In this document: piece by piece, positions 9,250-20,600 of the stretch | Layout of the letters: the number at the start of each line of letters is the position of its first letter | Position numbering within the stretch: position 1 is the stretch's first letter | Sequence record: DRR723986_14697 | Reading direction: 5' to 3' (one strand) | Length of the DNA stretch: 40,991 bases | The notes under the pieces: generated by a model | Databases searched by the model: none | What the model was told of the DNA's origin: nothing | Seen by the model: only the letters and a program-made list of their open reading frames with translations | Translations under genes and position numbers: made by a program

Positions 9250-10698
9250 ATGAACAGTCTATTCAAAACAACCGGAGTTTCCTTTCTGGCAGGCTTGGCC
9301 GGAGCTGCAGTTTGGACAACTATCAACTTCAATGAACCAGAGCAATTCTCTGATTTTCCAAACGACACCAAAACAGAAGTAAATTTCGCTTCGCAATATC
9401 AACCCATTTCATCCCGCTCAAGTGCTGATGCTCCCATATCCTTTGTGGACGCTTCAGAAAACAGTACAGAATCAGTGGTCTTCATCAAAAACTTTTCAGG
9501 AACAGATCCAAGAAGATATAGCATGTTTGACTATTTCTTTGGTGGCGGAGGTGCACCTTCACAGCAAGTAAGCACAGGTTCCGGCGTGATTATCTCAGGT
9601 GATGGATATATTATCACCAACAACCACGTAATTGATCGAGCTGAAACCATTGAAGTTGTACATAAAAAAAGGACCTACAAAGCTACTTTAGTCGGTACTG
9701 ATAAAAACACGGATATAGCAGTGTTGAAAATTGAAGGAGAAAACCTTCCTTCAATCAAGCGAGGAAGCAGCCGCGATTTGAAAATCGGTGAATGGGTCCT
9801 AGCCGTAGGAAATCCATTTAACCTTACTTCCACCGTCACTGCCGGGATAGTATCTGCAAAAGAGCGACAAATCAATATTCTTGGCGGGGATTTTCCCTTA
9901 GAGAGTTTCATCCAGACTGACGCTCCGATTAACCCAGGAAACTCAGGCGGTGCTTTAGTAAATGTCAATGGAGAATTGGTCGGAATTAATACGGCTATCT
10001 TGTCCAGAACCGGTTCTTATACTGGTTATGGATTTGCGGTTCCGGTGGATATTGCGATGAAAGTATCCAATGACTTGATCCAATACGGTGAGGTTCAAAA
10101 AGCGATCCCTGGAATCGAGGCAGTCGAAATCACACCAGAATTGGCGGAAGAAATGAATATCAAAACACTGGATGGTGTGATCGTAACTCATGTAATTAAA
10201 GACGGTGCTGCAGAAAGAGCTGGCCTGCAGCGAAATGATGTGATTACCAAACTGGGTTCTCAACCAATTACAGGTAAAGGCAGCTTTGAAGAGACACTTT
10301 CCTATTACTATCCTGGCGACCAACTTCCAGTTACCTATTTGAGAAATGGGAATGCGAAATCCGCCAATCTAAAACTTCAGAATTTAGAAGGAGGCAGCGG
10401 AGTAATCAAACGGGAGTTTTATAGTTCAGGGATTCTCGGAGCTAGACTGGAAGCTGTAAACACTATCGAAAAGGATAAATTTGGAGTGGACTATGGTATT
10501 AAAATCACTGGCCTCACTAGAGGTTATCTCAGAGAACTTGGACTAAGAGAGGGATTTGTAATCACCCGAATAAATAATGAGCCAGCAAAGGATCCTACCA
10601 AAGTTGGAGCCTATTTGGAGAAATTTAGTGGCAGATTATTGCTAGAGGGAGTAGCCTCCAATGGTCAACCATTTATGCAAAGTTATAGCGTGAGATAA
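9250..10698 (+). CDS. HtrA/DegQ-family (S1C) serine protease with PDZ domains
   Basis: N-terminal anchor, catalytic triad motifs TNNHV, TDIAVL and INPGNSGGAL, C-terminal PDZ. Confidence 0.95.
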   Translation: MNSLFKTTGVSFLAGLAGAAVWTTINFNEPEQFSDFPNDTKTEVNFASQYQPISSRSSADAPISFVDASENSTESVVFIKNFSGTDPRRYSMFDYFFGGGGAPSQQVSTGSGVIISGDGYIITNNHVIDRAETIEVVHKKRTYKATLVGTDKNTDIAVLKIEGENLPSIKRGSSRDLKIGEWVLAVGNPFNLTSTVTAGIVSAKERQINILGGDFPLESFIQTDAPINPGNSGGALVNVNGELVGINTAILSRTGSYTGYGFAVPVDIAMKVSNDLIQYGEVQKAIPGIEAVEITPELAEEMNIKTLDGVIVTHVIKDGAAERAGLQRNDVITKLGSQPITGKGSFEETLSYYYPGDQLPVTYLRNGNAKSANLKLQNLEGGSGVIKREFYSSGILGARLEAVNTIEKDKFGVDYGIKITGLTRGYLRELGLREGFVITRINNEPAKDPTKVGAYLEKFSGRLLLEGVASNGQPFMQSYSVR

Positions 10699-10699
10699 G

Positions 10700-12301
10700 T
10701 TACTTCTGGGTGGATTGCTGCGGTAGGGGCTGCGACCATTGTAACGATGTTCCGTCCTTTTTCAGCAAATCCACCCATATCACATGATTTCCTTTCACAT
10801 CTGAACCTTCCCATTCAAGCGTTTGAGAGTTTTCAGAGTTGATAGCCTCGCCAGCATCCCAAAGAAGCACTGGCCTTAAGTCAGGGGTTGAGGGATCAAT
10901 TTCTTCTGAGTTGATTTGCACCAGATCATTGATTCCCAAATAAAATGGATAACCTTCCTTCCTTGCACCTAATGGATCGTCGAATTCAGGCTTCATTTCT
11001 ATACTTACCACACCAAACCGTCCGAGGATGCCAAAGCGCTTCTGTGACTGAAAAGAATTGTAGACCGAAATCGAATAAATCTGGTGCATGGGAGTTTCTA
11101 TCAAATCACCAAATTGAAAAATGGGCGATCCATTGAACAAAATCAGGGGGCTTTTCTCATATCGAAAACCTGCATTCGCGGGAGATAGAATGAGTTCGTA
11201 GCCATCTTTAGTTCGCTTCACTGATGCTTTTGATACAATCCCGGAGAACGCCTCTCGAAGCGTAGCAATTCCTTCATAATCCTTAGAAAAATACACCTGA
11301 TCGGGAGCTACATGATCTGATTTTTGTAGGAAAGGCTCGTAATTATCGAAATCAGTTCTATAGATCTGATCTATGTATTTACGCTTTCTTTTGTGATCCA
11401 GAATATTTACCACCACATCATCAAAAGGCACGGTGTTATCAAAGGAACTAAACTGCTTATTTTTCCAATCAGAAAGATTCACTGTCACTTCCCCTAGAGG
11501 TTCTCCCAAATTGTCAAACTGATAAGCCCAAACCGATGAAGAACCTTGGTGCTTCAATAATTCTTCTTCCATAGAAGCACTATCCCGCATGTTGTATTCT
11601 TCCACTAATCCTTGATCGAGAAAAAACACCGAGATTCTCGAATTTGAATCATTATAGGGCGGTTTCAACTTAAATGACACCTTAGTCTCTTCATTTAATT
11701 CTGATTCTTTCACATGGCCCAATACAGGATACCCTTCTAATAACGGGTCAAAAACCTTGACTGCCAATAGCCCAAAATCTAAGGTTTCAGAAGAAATACT
11801 AAAACTGCCTTCATCTACTTTCCATAGTATATTTTCACCTGCTTCAGAAGCTTGTATAACATGTGCTCCTAGCTCTGGATTTGCATTTTCAGGTAATGCT
11901 GTGGAGGAAAAAATCGTAGGGCTATAAACATGAATCAATGCTTCGGTTTGAAACCTTGAGCCTTGAATTTGAGCTACCAATTTATAATTACCTGTACTCA
12001 ATTCTTCAGGCAACAAAAAAGCTTGATCAGCATCCTGCTTAGCCGAATTGAAGCGCTCGATAGCGACAGTACTTCCTGAATGGTCAACTAGGTACAAATT
12101 AATCAGGCTGCCTTCCTGCGCTGGTTTCCCTTCCGAATCAAGTGTCTGTAACTGCAAGGCAACCAAATCCCCGCTTACATACAGAGAAGAAGAAACGAGC
12201 ATTCTTACCTTAAGTGAGGCTGATTGCCCCAAAGAGACAAAATTAGTGAACACTGCACAGCACAATGCCAGGGTTAATGTTTTCAATTTTGGTCCCACCA
12301 T
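10700..12301 (-). CDS. Conserved hypothetical secreted protein (MG2-like N-terminus, degenerate TonB-plug-like C-terminus), partner of DUF4249/TBDR
   Basis: Start reassigned to ATG at 12301 (MVGPKLKTLTLALCC…, signal-peptide-like). Motifs LYVSGD, LPEELSTGNYKL, PLILFNG…GVVSIEMK and PDLRPVLLWD resemble this Bacteroidota family. Confidence 0.6.
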   Translation of the reverse strand: MVGPKLKTLTLALCCAVFTNFVSLGQSASLKVRMLVSSSLYVSGDLVALQLQTLDSEGKPAQEGSLINLYLVDHSGSTVAIERFNSAKQDADQAFLLPEELSTGNYKLVAQIQGSRFQTEALIHVYSPTIFSSTALPENANPELGAHVIQASEAGENILWKVDEGSFSISSETLDFGLLAVKVFDPLLEGYPVLGHVKESELNEETKVSFKLKPPYNDSNSRISVFFLDQGLVEEYNMRDSASMEEELLKHQGSSSVWAYQFDNLGEPLGEVTVNLSDWKNKQFSSFDNTVPFDDVVVNILDHKRKRKYIDQIYRTDFDNYEPFLQKSDHVAPDQVYFSKDYEGIATLREAFSGIVSKASVKRTKDGYELILSPANAGFRYEKSPLILFNGSPIFQFGDLIETPMHQIYSISVYNSFQSQKRFGILGRFGVVSIEMKPEFDDPLGARKEGYPFYLGINDLVQINSEEIDPSTPDLRPVLLWDAGEAINSENSQTLEWEGSDVKGNHVIWVDLLKKDGTSLQWSQPLPQQSTQK

Positions 12302-13389
12302 ATCGGTTGTTGGTTGGTATTTTCTGTATATGATCCTCTGTATTCTAGACAATTGGAACAGCCTGGAGGAGGAATAAAAGGCACACCAGGGAGAGGCTCA
12401 CAAGGATCTAAGAAGGTAAGTGTATAAGGTAGATCAGATGGGGTAAGTTTCCATCTATAGGAAGATTCATGTGCAACGTAGAAAAAACCTGAAACTGCTT
12501 CTTCCGGATTGTCCACATTTTTAATATTGGTGACCAGAGAAAATGGCGGAGGATCAAAAATCCCTCCTCCACTCTGCTGCTGAGTAGCCAGTTGGTCCCA
12601 AAATTGAAATCCTTGCGGAGATAGGCTGTATTGAGTAATTAGGGTAGAGTATCCATATTGAAGTTGCTCATTGTCGTCTGTTTCAAGAAAAAACAAATCC
12701 CGATTATATCCACCAGCCTTATCTTCCCATACACTTATGGACTGATATTCATACAGATTAGTGACATAGCATCGCTTATTAATGTTTTCTTCGGGAAGTC
12801 GAGAAGTCTCAAATATCCAGCTTGGCACTATTTTCCAGCGGTAATAGTATTCTTCACCACCATGCTCATCTAAAGGAACCGAAATTTGGATACCGCGCTG
12901 CTGTACGATCTCTGTCTGATTTCCCACAGATATACTTTTCAAAATTGATTTATATTCTACATCAATATCCTCCAGCTCAGGAGCGGGATGCAAATTATCG
13001 TTATCCGATTCATAGACTTTGCCTTCGGATGTTTGAATCCGAATCTTGTAATCCACATTTTCTTTAGCAGAAAAATTCACATCACGGATCAGATATCGCT
13101 GCTCGTCTTCATCCCAGAAGTAACCAAAACTTTCTCCATCAGATGAAATTAAGGTAACTGTAGCATCTGAAATCACCTCATCTAACACATTATTCACGGG
13201 ACTAGTCCATCGTACTGCCACATAAAAGCGGCTTGGTGGAGCAGGTTTTTTAGATTGATCTGCAAAAGAAATATTGGAAATAAACCCATCAACAACTAGG
13301 CGTCTAGGCTCACTTCCTGTCTCAAAAGAAATTGGCTCTATGCATGCCGTCAAAATCAATAGAAGCGCAATAATATAACTCTGTCGCAT
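12283..13389 (-). CDS. DUF4249 family lipoprotein
   Basis: Lipobox LTAC-IEP, LVVDGFI, YYYRW, QYSLS…FW…GGIFDPPP…NI…GFF, C-terminal Cys cluster and PxWW; directly after a TBDR. Confidence 0.85.
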   Translation of the reverse strand: MRQSYIIALLLILTACIEPISFETGSEPRRLVVDGFISNISFADQSKKPAPPSRFYVAVRWTSPVNNVLDEVISDATVTLISSDGESFGYFWDEDEQRYLIRDVNFSAKENVDYKIRIQTSEGKVYESDNDNLHPAPELEDIDVEYKSILKSISVGNQTEIVQQRGIQISVPLDEHGGEEYYYRWKIVPSWIFETSRLPEENINKRCYVTNLYEYQSISVWEDKAGGYNRDLFFLETDDNEQLQYGYSTLITQYSLSPQGFQFWDQLATQQQSGGGIFDPPPFSLVTNIKNVDNPEEAVSGFFYVAHESSYRWKLTPSDLPYTLTFLDPCEPLPGVPFIPPPGCSNCLEYRGSYTENTNQQPIWWDQN

Positions 13390-13391
13390 CT

Positions 13392-16088
13392 TTATATTTT
13401 AAAATTGTAAGAGATTGATGGAAATGCGCTTCCCAGCACCGAAAGCTGAAATGCATTGCCTCTTTGCGTGAAATACACTGAGAACGGGTTTTTTCTTCCA
13501 TAAACATTATATAGGGAGAATACCCACTCTCCGTCAATTGCTTTCTCTTTTTTAAGGCCACTTTTCAAGGTAAAGGCCAAGTCTAGTCTATGGTAATCCG
13601 GCACCCTATATTGATTTCGATCAGAGAAATTCAAGACAGAAAGTATGTCTTCATATTGGAATTTGGAAACAGGAACTGTGATCGGCCTGCCTGTAGAATA
13701 TGCAAAGTTTAAGTTCATTGCAAGCCTTCTACTCACCTTATAATTCATCACCAACGAGATGTCGTGCGGTTTGTCATAATTGGCAGCAAAGAAATCACCG
13801 CCATTTATCTTCTCCTCGTCAAATTGGGATTCATCAAATTTTCTCAAGCTTCGCGAATAGGTGTATCCTAGCCATCCTGTGAGCTTTCCTCGATTTTTAC
13901 GCAATAGGAATTCAGCGCCATATGCGCGTCCTTCACCTTGAATAAGGTCCGCATCCAGGTTCTCATTCAGCAAGATAGAGGCAGCATTTTTATAATCTAC
14001 TACCTGCTGTATATTCTTGTAATATCCTTCTACTGATATTTCGAAGAGGTTATCTTTCCAATTTTTAAAGAGGCCAATGGTGTATTGATCTGCAATTGAA
14101 GGGGAAAGATTGTAGCCAGAAGATTTCCAATAATTTACCGGAGAGATCGCAGCAGTATTAGATATCAAATGTATATACTGATTGGTTCTGTAATAGCTAA
14201 GCTTCAAAGAACTGGTAGGGGTAACGAGCCAACGAAAAGATGCTCGTGGCTCTAATCCAATGTACGTTTTGGCTACTTCATTTTGACCAAAACTCAAGGT
14301 ATCTGTAATCGTCGCTGTAGACTTAGGCTGATTGGGATCAAAATCGTAATATGTCCCACCGAGAGCTAGGTAATTAGATACACGTATACCGTAGACAAGA
14401 GAAGCTTTAGGAGAAATAACAAATTCATCATTGACATAAATAGCACTTTCTAAAGCATACTCTTCGGGTATGTGAATTTCTTCTGACGTAGTATTTTCAG
14501 AGCCAGGGTCAAAATTCCCGTTGTTAAAGGAATAGTAAAGCGAACTTATGCCAAAATCCAACTTATGCGCTGTGCCCATTTCATAGGAGAAATCGACTTT
14601 TCCTTGATAGTTTAGAATGCCGGAGGTATAGTCAAAATCATAGCTTTCTTGAGTATTTCTGATGTTACTTTGAAAGTCACTGACCACCACCTGAGTCTGC
14701 ATCAAGAACTTGTTGCTAAATCGATGACCCCATTTTAGTATCCCCAGCTTAGTTTTCCACACATAGGCAGTGTCAGAAGCAAATTCGAAATTGTCATCGC
14801 TCAGATAGCTGGAAAAAGTGAGCACGTTTTTTTCATCAATAGTATGATTTATTTTGAAGTTCACATCATAAAATCCAGCAGCACTTTGGTAGAGATCTGG
14901 GTCTTTCATCTGCTTTAGCATCCAATTAGGATATGCGGTCCTACCTGAGAGCAGAAAAGTGGTTTTATCTTTCCTTAATGGACCTTCTACCAGAAGTCTG
15001 GATGAAATCAGTCCTATACCACCTTGTACATCTATGTCTTGTGAATTGCCATTTCGTAGATTTACATTGAGCACAGAGGAAACTCTACCTCCATAATTGG
15101 CGGGCCCACCACCCTTATAAATTTCCACATCTCTGATTAGATCAGAATTGAAAGCTCCGAAAAAGCCAAATAAATGTGAGCTGTTGTAAACAATTGCGCC
15201 GTCCATCATCACTAGATTTTGGCCTGGATCACCACCTCTTACATTAAATCCCGATGAGCCTTCTCCCACGGAACTCACGCCCGGGAGAGAAATTAGGCTT
15301 TTGATCGGATCTACTTCTCCCATAAATGTGGGTAGGCTTCTAATCACAGCAATATCCAAAATCTCCCTGCCGGCAATTTTCTCAGAAACTGAAACTTCCT
15401 GACTTCTAGCGGTAATCGTGAATTCTTCTAGCTTCAGCGTTTCATTAAAAAGTTCCACATCCAATTCACCGGAGTTAATAACCTGAACATCGATAGACTT
15501 AGGTTCATATCCTGAATATTGTACCAGTAGTTTATATTTACCTGGAATGATTGATAGTTCATAGTTGCCATCCAAATCTGTAATAACTCCTTCGGAACTA
15601 TCTACTACTTGAATACTAGCTCCTATTAATGCTTCATTTTCACCTGCATCTTTAATATGACCGGTGAGGGTCACTGGCATATTGGAATTTTCCGGTTTGC
15701 CAGTACCTATTAGTTGATATTGCTTAAGATTAAGGTCTTCTTCATCCCATTGTTCATAGCGATAAGCTTCCAGGCCTTCCTGATTTACCACTACAAAAAG
15801 GTCTCTATAGGGAACAATGCTAAAACCGTAGGTGCTCAACAAACTATTGATAGTTTCGATAGCGTTTTGCCCTTTGGATCCGTTTACAAGAAAAGCATCT
15901 ATCCCCCAATCTTCTTTATAGAAAAAACGGATTTGAAATAGGTTTTCAAGATCTTCTAATACTTCTGGAAGCGGTGTTTCAACGTAATTTTGATCAAATA
16001 CAACAGTTTTTTCAACTGATTGACCAAAGAGAAAAGTTGCATTGAGAAGTAATAAAAATATAATTATTGGCTGTAGTTTTTTTTTCAT
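13392..16088 (-). CDS. TonB-dependent receptor with N-terminal extension and carboxypeptidase-like regulatory domain
   Basis: Likely start MKKKLQ at 16088. LIGASI…TDLDGNY domain, plug LPGV…GFNVRGG…SHLFGFF, YGGRVSSV, GEGRAYG, PDYHRLD, terminal YNFKI. Confidence 0.92.
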   Translation of the reverse strand: MKKKLQPIIIFLLLLNATFLFGQSVEKTVVFDQNYVETPLPEVLEDLENLFQIRFFYKEDWGIDAFLVNGSKGQNAIETINSLLSTYGFSIVPYRDLFVVVNQEGLEAYRYEQWDEEDLNLKQYQLIGTGKPENSNMPVTLTGHIKDAGENEALIGASIQVVDSSEGVITDLDGNYELSIIPGKYKLLVQYSGYEPKSIDVQVINSGELDVELFNETLKLEEFTITARSQEVSVSEKIAGREILDIAVIRSLPTFMGEVDPIKSLISLPGVSSVGEGSSGFNVRGGDPGQNLVMMDGAIVYNSSHLFGFFGAFNSDLIRDVEIYKGGGPANYGGRVSSVLNVNLRNGNSQDIDVQGGIGLISSRLLVEGPLRKDKTTFLLSGRTAYPNWMLKQMKDPDLYQSAAGFYDVNFKINHTIDEKNVLTFSSYLSDDNFEFASDTAYVWKTKLGILKWGHRFSNKFLMQTQVVVSDFQSNIRNTQESYDFDYTSGILNYQGKVDFSYEMGTAHKLDFGISSLYYSFNNGNFDPGSENTTSEEIHIPEEYALESAIYVNDEFVISPKASLVYGIRVSNYLALGGTYYDFDPNQPKSTATITDTLSFGQNEVAKTYIGLEPRASFRWLVTPTSSLKLSYYRTNQYIHLISNTAAISPVNYWKSSGYNLSPSIADQYTIGLFKNWKDNLFEISVEGYYKNIQQVVDYKNAASILLNENLDADLIQGEGRAYGAEFLLRKNRGKLTGWLGYTYSRSLRKFDESQFDEEKINGGDFFAANYDKPHDISLVMNYKVSRRLAMNLNFAYSTGRPITVPVSKFQYEDILSVLNFSDRNQYRVPDYHRLDLAFTLKSGLKKEKAIDGEWVFSLYNVYGRKNPFSVYFTQRGNAFQLSVLGSAFPSISYNFKI

Positions 16089-16104
16089 AGTGGGCAAATA
16101 GCAT

Positions 16105-16138
16105 AAAAATGCCATCTACAACTTGCAGATGGCATTTT
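16105..16138 (-). terminator. Intrinsic terminator after susD
   Basis: AAAATGCCATCTGC-AAGTT-GTAGATGGCATTTTT, a long stem with a U tail, ending 16 nt before the likely TBDR start. Confidence 0.8.
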
Positions 16139-16155
16139 ATGGTATTTAGTTATTA

Positions 16156-17619
16156 TTATTTATCCCACCATACTGGTGTATCCAATCCATCAGCACCTTG
16201 ACGTGCAACTACTGCGTCGTAGTTAGTTGAGTTAAGGTTCAGCTCAAATAAAGGATAAGCCTGACGTACTGGGATTTGCTTGCTATCGTTAAGTGCATCT
16301 TCGCCTGGCTTCAGATCAGGATAACCTGTTCTTCTCCATTCAGCCCAAGATTCGTAACCATTTAGGAAGTTAGCAATCCATTTCTGAGTAAGGATTTGCT
16401 CCATAGCTTTAGAAGCATCATACTGTACCCATGTATTGGTAATGTAATTTGCATATCCGTCACTAACACCGTACTGATCAAGAGAAGCCTTAACACCCTG
16501 GTAGTAAAGTGCTTCAGCATCACCTGATATCCAGCCTCTCTGCACAGCCTCAGCCATAGAGAAAAGAACCTGAGCAGAAGTAAAGATATAGTTTGGAGCA
16601 GCTTGCGCTCTCAAATCAGCATTCAAGAAAGAAACGTCTGAATTAGAGATTGCACCAGCTCTTGCTTCACTAAGACCATAAGGCATACCAACATACTTAC
16701 CACCGATGTCAGTAGGATCTGCATATTCAGGAAGTCTTGGATCCATTGATACGTTAAGTACTCCACCGTTTGCAGTAGTCTGCATTCTGTTCACCAAAGT
16801 ATTGGCAACAGCATAATCACGGCGAGTAAGGAAACGTGCATACCAAGCATTTTGGAAAGCTGCTTCAGGCAAGTTTGCATAGAAAATGTTCTCGCTATTG
16901 TCTAATGCAATCACACCGTCATTGATAGCAGAAGAAAATTCTGCAGCTGCTGTGGAAGGATCCACTTCAGACATTCTCAATGCCATTTTCATTCTGATCG
17001 TATTTGCAAACTTTTTCCACATATCCATATCCCCATCAAAAAGGATATCACCTTGTACAGGAGCAGTAGAGGAAATATTTCCTTGTGCTGTTTTCAATGT
17101 AGCCAATACCCCAGCATATACTTCTGATTGAGGATCAAAAGAAGGCTGACGAACTCCCTCATCAATATTCAAAGCCTCAGAATAAGGAATGTCACCCCAT
17201 CTGTCGGTAATGAAACTGAAATAGTACGACTGAAGAATTTGAGCTACAGCAATCTGGTTCTCATTTGAACCATATAGTGAAGCTTCAGATTTAGTCTCCT
17301 CATCAGTATTCATTATGATGATTTGCTCCAAATCCATCAATACCCCACTATAATAGCCTCCGTAATTGAAGATGATCGTCTGATAGTTATCAGCACTGGT
17401 GTATTGCGAATTTGCTAGGTATTGGGAATATAGTGATCCAGTAGGATCATCTATAGTACCCTTCAGCCCGTTGATTGAGTTGGTCAAAAGCGAAGAAGGG
17501 ATAGCTTGTGTAGTTTGATTTGGGTTGACGTTGGTATCACCAAAATCACCTAGATCACAGGATGTTACCCCTACGGCAATCAACCCTACAAGTATATATT
17601 TTGAAATTGAATTTTTCAT
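16156..17619 (-). CDS. SusD/RagB family nutrient-binding outer membrane lipoprotein
   Basis: Lipobox VTSC-D, NVNPN, WGDIPYSEAL, WKKFANT, DPRL, QKWIA, WRRTGYP; directly downstream of susC. Confidence 0.95.
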   Translation of the reverse strand: MKNSISKYILVGLIAVGVTSCDLGDFGDTNVNPNQTTQAIPSSLLTNSINGLKGTIDDPTGSLYSQYLANSQYTSADNYQTIIFNYGGYYSGVLMDLEQIIIMNTDEETKSEASLYGSNENQIAVAQILQSYYFSFITDRWGDIPYSEALNIDEGVRQPSFDPQSEVYAGVLATLKTAQGNISSTAPVQGDILFDGDMDMWKKFANTIRMKMALRMSEVDPSTAAAEFSSAINDGVIALDNSENIFYANLPEAAFQNAWYARFLTRRDYAVANTLVNRMQTTANGGVLNVSMDPRLPEYADPTDIGGKYVGMPYGLSEARAGAISNSDVSFLNADLRAQAAPNYIFTSAQVLFSMAEAVQRGWISGDAEALYYQGVKASLDQYGVSDGYANYITNTWVQYDASKAMEQILTQKWIANFLNGYESWAEWRRTGYPDLKPGEDALNDSKQIPVRQAYPLFELNLNSTNYDAVVARQGADGLDTPVWWDK

Positions 17620-17630
17620 GTTTCTTTATT

Positions 17631-20600
17631 TTAGAATCCTAGACGAATGTCAAAACCGATAGAACGAGTAGCAGGCAATTGACCTGAATCTACCCAAGCA
17701 CCATTGTTTCTGGAATTTCTAGTATCACCACTCACTTGAGAAGGATCCAAACCAGGTACATTAGTCTTAATCAACCATGGGTTGTTTGCTACTACCGCAA
17801 AAGATGCAGTTCTAACAAAATTAGTTCTCTGAAGAAGAGACTGTGGAAGGCTATAACCCAATCTGATTTCACGAAGCTTCACATAACTTGCGTCATAAAC
17901 CCAAGCCTCATGAAGTGCAAATTGAGACTTAAAGTATTCAGATGCTTCTAGATAGATGTTGTTTTCAGTTCCATCTGCAAAAACACCGTCGAATCTCAAT
18001 CCACCACCATCTGCAACTGGATCACGCATTGGAGTACCTCTGTCGTTATTACCTACTGTCATTTCACCTAGACCTGAGTATGCATTAAACATGTTGGTGA
18101 TAGAGTTGATTTTACCACCCATTTGCCAGTCAATTGTGAAACTCAATTCAAAACCTTTATAAGTAACTCTATTGAAAATACCACCAGTATAATCAGGAAG
18201 TACTGTACCTAAAACTTGGTTTTGCTCAGTCATTGGATAGCCATCTTCATCGATTAGGATGTTTCCAGCTTCGTCTCTTTGGAATTTTTCACCGATGATA
18301 GTTCCCCAATCTTCACCTACTTTAGCTCTGGCTGAGATAGATCCCCATCCACCGCCTACACGGTTACCTAAGAATCCGTTTACAAGTTGGATCGCATCGA
18401 TACCTGGATAAATTTCTTCGATTACGTTTCTACTTCTCGCAATATTGAAGTTTACATCCCAATTGAAGTTAGCAGTCTGTACCGGAGTACCTCCGATTGT
18501 AGCATCCCAACCTCTAGTAAAGGTTTTACCTGCGTTGATGGTGTAAGAAGAAATACCAGTTGTACTTGGCACCTCTGTACTTAGGATCTCATTAGTGTTG
18601 TCATAATAGTAGTAAGAGAAATCAGTTCTAATTCTACCTTGTAAGAAAGCTAATTCGATACCACCTTCAATTGCTCCTGTAGTGGAAGCACGAAGATTCG
18701 GGTCAATCAATGAGTTAGGATAAGTCATCGTTGGGTTACCATTATATGGAGTACCCAAAGAGAACGCCGGATCCAATTGATATGGACTAAGCTCTCCACC
18801 TACTTCAGCATAACCTGCACGTAGCTTACCAAATGATAAGATGTTAGTAGTTGGCAACAATTCAGAGAATATGAATGATGCGGAAATCGCTGGATAAGTA
18901 AAGGCATTACTTGTAGTAGGAAGAACAGAATCGTAATCACGACGGATAGATCCATCCACAAAAACAATTTCTTTCCAACCAAAGCTAGCTTGAGCAAAGA
19001 TTGAGTTCACCTGACGCTGACTGAAGTAGTTAGACGTATTTGGTCTATCAACAGATGCACTGATGTTATACAAATTAGGAACAGAAAGTCCACCTGCAGT
19101 AGACATACTGTTTGTACTGTACTCTTCCATTCTTATGTTTCCACCTATCAAGGCTGAAACCGAGAAATTTTCAGTTACCTTATTGTATTGAGCTAAAAAC
19201 TCATAGTTATCTTCCTTCTGCTGGTATTTACTTTGGCCATAAGAATCAAGATCTAATGTTCCTGAAGCAGTACGTCCATCAGAGAAATAAGAAGTAAAGT
19301 AACGGCTTAAATTAGCTGATACAGAAAGTCCATCAATCAACTCATAAGTCAAACCGAATTTACCACTGTAAGTATCCTTCGTGCTTTCAGAGAAGTTAGC
19401 ATACTGCTCAGTGTAAGGGCTATTCCAGTACAATGGTCTAGAATTTCTTGCTGAGTTGATGTTCCAGCTAGTATATCTGCCATCAGGCATTCTATAGTAT
19501 TTCTTCAACAAATCCATGTCCAATTGTCTCTGGAACCACTGGTTGAAGTTTTGTCCAATACTACCTCCTTGATAACCTTCAGTAAGGTTACCGAATACAT
19601 TTGTTCTGTTGTAGTTAGCAAGTGTAGTCAAAGTCAAGTTTTTGGCAAGATCTACAGTTGCATTTAAGTTCAAGAAAGTTTTCTCCTGCTTCGTGTTAGG
19701 AAGTACACCAGTACGATTTACATTAGAAAGAGTAGCGGTGATATTGTATCCGTCACCTGCTTTACTTACTGATAAACTGTTATTTAAAGCGACACCCGTG
19801 TTAAAGAAGTTTTTAACATTGTCTGGATTTGGAGACCAAGGTCTAGTCTGTCCATAAGTATCTGTTCCAGGAGTGAAAGCATCCCACTGAGCTACCTGAC
19901 GACCGTCCATTTTAGGTCCCCAGCTCTCATCAGCGTAAAATTCTGGAATCAAAGCACCATCAAGTCCTGCCAAAGCCGGATCATCCGTTGCGGGATTGAA
20001 GGTAAAAGTCTGAAACTCTTGAGAGTAACCTCCACCATATTCATTTTGATACTTAGGCATTACAGACACATTCTCAAACGTTGTTGTGTTGTTGAAATCA
20101 ATGTTCATTCTGCCTGATTTCGCTTTTTTCATGGTGATCAAAATCACACCATCACGAGCTCTAGAACCGTAAAGAGCAGATGCATTCGCACCTTTCAATA
20201 CGTTAATAGACTGCACGTTATCCATGTTGATTGTAGCAGGATCTGCAATAGGAACACCATCCACTACATATAGTGGAGAATTGGATCCAAATCCTCTAAC
20301 ACCACGAATACGGACAGCAGCCTCTCCAAATTTAGCACCTGAACCAGAAATTACTTGTACACCGGACACTTTACCTGCCAATGCTTCATTCAAGTTAGTC
20401 TCTCTAGCTACACGTAGGTTTTCAGATGTAACTTCTTGAGTTGCATAACCCAAGGTCTTTTTCTCACGCTCTACGTTAAGGGCTGTTACTACTACCTCGT
20501 TTAGTTGCGTCACATCATCTGACAACTGCGCGTCAATAGTTGATTGGTTTCCAATCGCAATCTCAGTTGAGGTCATGCCTACAAAAGAGAATACCAATAC

